Positions 62,156-64,000 of a stretch of 64,000 nucleotides of DNA are shown piece after piece. A model generated the notes under the pieces. It did no database searches. It was not told the DNA's origin and saw only the letters and a list, made by a program, of their open reading frames with translations. The DNA is from a virus (Duplodnaviria > Caudoviricetes), in IMG/VR virus record IMGVR_UViG_3300027914_001163, positions 127,434-191,433 of that record; one strand, 5' to 3'. The number at the start of each line of letters is the position of its first letter. Within the stretch, counting starts at the first letter, position 1. Made by a program: the position numbers and the translations under genes.

Positions 62156-63115
62156 AAGAATATTTTCAAGCACTATTGGAAGGAGCAGATGATCTCGTTA
62201 TTTTAAACTACAAAGGACGTGTTGTAAAAGATTTAAAACATTCCAAAAGTAGATTTCATGAGAGATTTCCTGGAATTCCAGATTCTAAATACTTCGACAT
62301 CCTAAAAAAAGGAATAGATACCATTATGGATGTCTTTAAAGACAACGGCGGAAAGTATGTTGTTGTTAACAAAAAAAGCAACATAGCCATTCAATTGGAT
62401 TGGCGAAAAGAGAAATTTTCAGATAGTAAAACCAATCATGGCTTCACGGCTACTACGTTGGATTATTTGCAACATAAGAATATGCTCCAGTATGATACTA
62501 AGATATTCGTAGAACAATTGTTACCCGATCTTGAAGAAACACTTTATTTGGAGGATTGCCCTAACTATAAAATGCTTGTCAAAGGTGGACAGCAGTATAG
62601 AACATTTATAGTTATAGAGGTATAAAATGAAAATCAAGAAAGAACAAATGATCACCATGAAACAGGGTATAGACATTATACAGGATGTCTTCGACGGAAA
62701 GAACGGACACTATCTTGTTATCGATAAGGCCAAGCACTATGGCATCAGGATCGATTGGCAAAATGACAACGCCGGATATTCGATCATGCGCCCCAATGAA
62801 AAAAGCATGTTCCCTGATCACATCAAGATATTTGTTGAAGAGGGAAAGCGTTATTACCGGCATGACTATGAGCCTATCAGCAACGACAAGAGGATTTCTG
62901 ATGTTGGCTTTATGCCCAACGACCTGGCGATCATGTTTCAAAACGACATGAATGATCAAGGCGGAGTGCTCGAATGGATGAATGAGGGAAATATATTCGT
63001 GATCATGGCTAATATCGGCTACTATGACGTTGAGCTGCCGGAGTGTGATGGCTACAAGATTTATCTCAAAGAAGGATATGTGTATCAGAACTTCAATGTG
63101 ACGACTGTTGAATGA
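62152..63115 (+). CDS. Tandem paralog pair (62152-62625, 62627-63115)
   Basis: Shared GID.I.DVF....G.Y.V..K.....I..DW, KIFVE and C..YK...K.G..Y..F.V..V. Confidence 0.7.
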
Positions 63116-63944
63116 GGAGAACACCAATGTTAAAATTTAAAAACAGTTATGATGAAGGAAAAGAATTATTTGATAAGGCGCACCAACATGAACCTCAATT
63201 CTATCTTGAAAGTGGCCGTGCTCGTATGCTGCAAATGCTCAATGGAGTTGTTCCTCGTGTGCACACTTTTGGCATAATTACGGCTGAAAATCCCTTGGGG
63301 AAAGAACTGCCCACTAAGGAAAATCAAGAACGAAATAAAAAATTAGAACAACGCCTTAAAGACGGCAATTTCGGATATAGACAAATTATAGGAAAATATG
63401 GAAATATTGAAAACCCATTTTTGATCAACAACATTCATCAAGATGCTTTACGAAAACTTGCCGTGGAATATGAACAGGAATCTTATATTCATGCCGTTAA
63501 ACAATTTACCAAAGACGGCAATCCCTATATCAAGTTCACCTATTACATACAAAATTTTGATGAGGATGTCAATCGGAACAGAAAAGGGCGTGGAAATTTC
63601 CATATCGTTTCGGAACGTTTTGTTTATAGGGATGCCACAAATAAAGAAGATTACTATTCTGAATATATGGGAAAAAAATTTATTATTCCATTTTTTGATG
63701 ATGATGACGAGTCAAAAGCAAAAATGATCGGCGGAAAGATAATATTTGAGGAATCAGACTTGGATACTTCAGAAAAAAGAATGTTGGCCGAAGAAATAAA
63801 CGACCAATGCCACATGTTGTGTTTCAACGACCATGATAACGGAATGGGAACATGGGGTAGGAGGGGAATCGTTAAAGTGCAATTGGCAAAATTGCGACAG
63901 TTGATTGAAGGATAATCAGAACTTCAATGTGACGACTGTTGAAT
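63084..63944 (+). repeat. 30-bp perfect direct repeat (63084-63113 and 63915-63944) flanking one gene
   Basis: ATCAGAACTTCAATGTGACGACTGTTGAAT occurs twice. Confidence 0.92.
63127..63915 (+). CDS. DUF3293-like protein with FYLE/S site
   Basis: FGIITAENP.G....KENQERNKKL...L......Y....GKYG..E..F.I...YEQES motif; GAGGAG RBS before ATG 63127. Confidence 0.6.
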   Translation: MLKFKNSYDEGKELFDKAHQHEPQFYLESGRARMLQMLNGVVPRVHTFGIITAENPLGKELPTKENQERNKKLEQRLKDGNFGYRQIIGKYGNIENPFLINNIHQDALRKLAVEYEQESYIHAVKQFTKDGNPYIKFTYYIQNFDEDVNRNRKGRGNFHIVSERFVYRDATNKEDYYSEYMGKKFIIPFFDDDDESKAKMIGGKIIFEESDLDTSEKRMLAEEINDQCHMLCFNDHDNGMGTWGRRGIVKVQLAKLRQLIEG

Positions 63945-63957
63945 AAAGAAGGCTGTG

Positions 63958-64000
63958 ATGAAGAAGAAAACATTGAATAATTATCTGGAAGATGTCTTTT
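63958..64000 (+). CDS. Start of another CTS-leader gene (MKKKTLNNYLE/D...), truncated by the window edge
   Basis: ATG at 63958 reads MKKKTLNNYLEDVF. Confidence 0.5.
   Translation, partial: MKKKTLNNYLEDVF

Noticed and set aside
1-64000. Stop-codon reassignment, as seen in some large phages
   Set aside because: Core genes are full length under code 11, and TAA, TGA and TAG all end genes at tight junctions.
1-64000. tRNA or rRNA genes
   Set aside because: No cloverleaf with T-loop/D-loop consensus or rRNA-like segment was recognised in the short intergenic gaps. A tRNAscan run would be needed to exclude them.

Overview
This 64-kb window is AT-rich, uses genetic code 11 and comes from a large T4-like (myovirus, probably jumbo) phage. 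It contains the portal, prohead protease, scaffold, major capsid, neck, tail terminator, an enlarged tail sheath and the tail tube. It also has a gp46/gp47 (SbcCD) nuclease pair, a Holliday-junction-resolvase-like nuclease, a PAPS-reductase-family gene, a GNAT acetyltransferase and blocks of small early-type genes behind a conserved sigma70-like promoter. The main observation is that about 34 otherwise unrelated ORFs begin with the same ~10-aa leader, M-x(1-5)-[FL]-x-x-Y-[LIF]-E, for example MKTFKHYLE/A. This closely resembles the phage T4 internal-protein capsid-targeting sequence (MKTYQEFIAE), which the prohead protease removes after Glu. About 20 of the cargo units are divergent copies of one ~100-aa domain starting A-V-H-x-x-P, and some are chained into polyproteins with internal (L/N/H)-E/AVH sites. 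Other cargoes include an ADP-ribosyltransferase-like domain and a mosaic family of 'WCT' proteins. My interpretation, which is inference, is a very large, protease-matured repertoire of head-packaged proteins injected into the host. All protein assignments come from motif recognition by eye; no database searches were run.
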